From positions 45,602-65,601 of the forward strand of contig KZ538507.1 of assembly GCA_000934665.2 (NCBI GenBank): 20,000 nucleotides of DNA. Reading direction: 5' to 3'. The DNA is from Catajapyx aquilonaris. Lineage: Eukaryota. Of this stretch, positions 19,641 to 20,000 are shown piece by piece. Each line of letters starts with the position of its first letter. Within the stretch, counting starts at the first letter, position 1. The notes beneath the pieces were generated by a model. The model was not told the origin of the DNA. It did no database searches and saw only the letters and a program-made list of their open reading frames with translations. The position numbers and the translations under genes were made by a program.

Positions 19641-19922
19641 CGAAGGTCCCGGGTTCAATCCCCACCCGGGGTTCCCACCTTTATCCGTGCAGAGTTGTGC
19701 CATCTCTGGCTTCATTTCGGGTGGAAATTTCCTAAAGACTAATCCACCCGGGGGAGTTCACAAAATGACTGTTAGTGACATTGCACATGCACTTTGCACA
19801 TCCCCTCCTACATACCCTTGGAGTAATTAATAAGATTCTCTTAACATGCTCCAAATAAATACAAATGGTGGTAATCCACCCCCCCTAAGGAGTAGATAAC
19901 TCCCCCCGTGGGGTAATGAAAA

Positions 19923-19930
<8 letters not shown>
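19641..19930 (+). mobile_element. 5'-truncated tRNA-derived SINE-like sequence ending in poly-A
   Basis: GAAGGTCCCGGGTTCAATCCCC B-box/T-arm at about 19642-19663 and an A-run at about 19919-19931. Confidence 0.45.
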
Positions 19931-19953
<23 letters not shown>

Positions 19954-20000
19954 TACAGGGTGTTTATTGTAACTCTGCAAAGACTTTCATGGGTAATAGA
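19931..20000. repeat. (AT)n microsatellite followed by another CAGGGTG transposon terminus running off the window
   Basis: (AT)12 then ACAGGGTGTTTATTG. Confidence 0.6.

Overview
This is AT-rich animal genomic DNA, probably arthropod or insect judging by the protein and SINE types, and not a prokaryotic locus. The window lies inside one large minus-strand gene, MICAL (an F-actin methionine monooxygenase). Ten coding exons with GT-AG boundaries and compatible phases join into about 622 codons. They encode the end of the flavoprotein monooxygenase domain, the CH domain, a long charged linker and the first half of the LIM domain. Both ends of the gene lie outside the window. The introns are packed with non-autonomous DNA transposons (Kolobok/T2-like, Tigger/MER2-like, hAT, Harbinger-like, a mariner foldback), several of them nested, plus tRNA-derived SINEs. 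I found no wholly new biological system. The best leads are a frame-preserving 6-nt microexon candidate just before the CH domain, a 70-bp near-perfect inverted repeat that runs past the transposon ends it surrounds, a candidate internal first exon for an enzyme-less MICAL isoform, and a short helical motif repeated once per exon in four linker exons.
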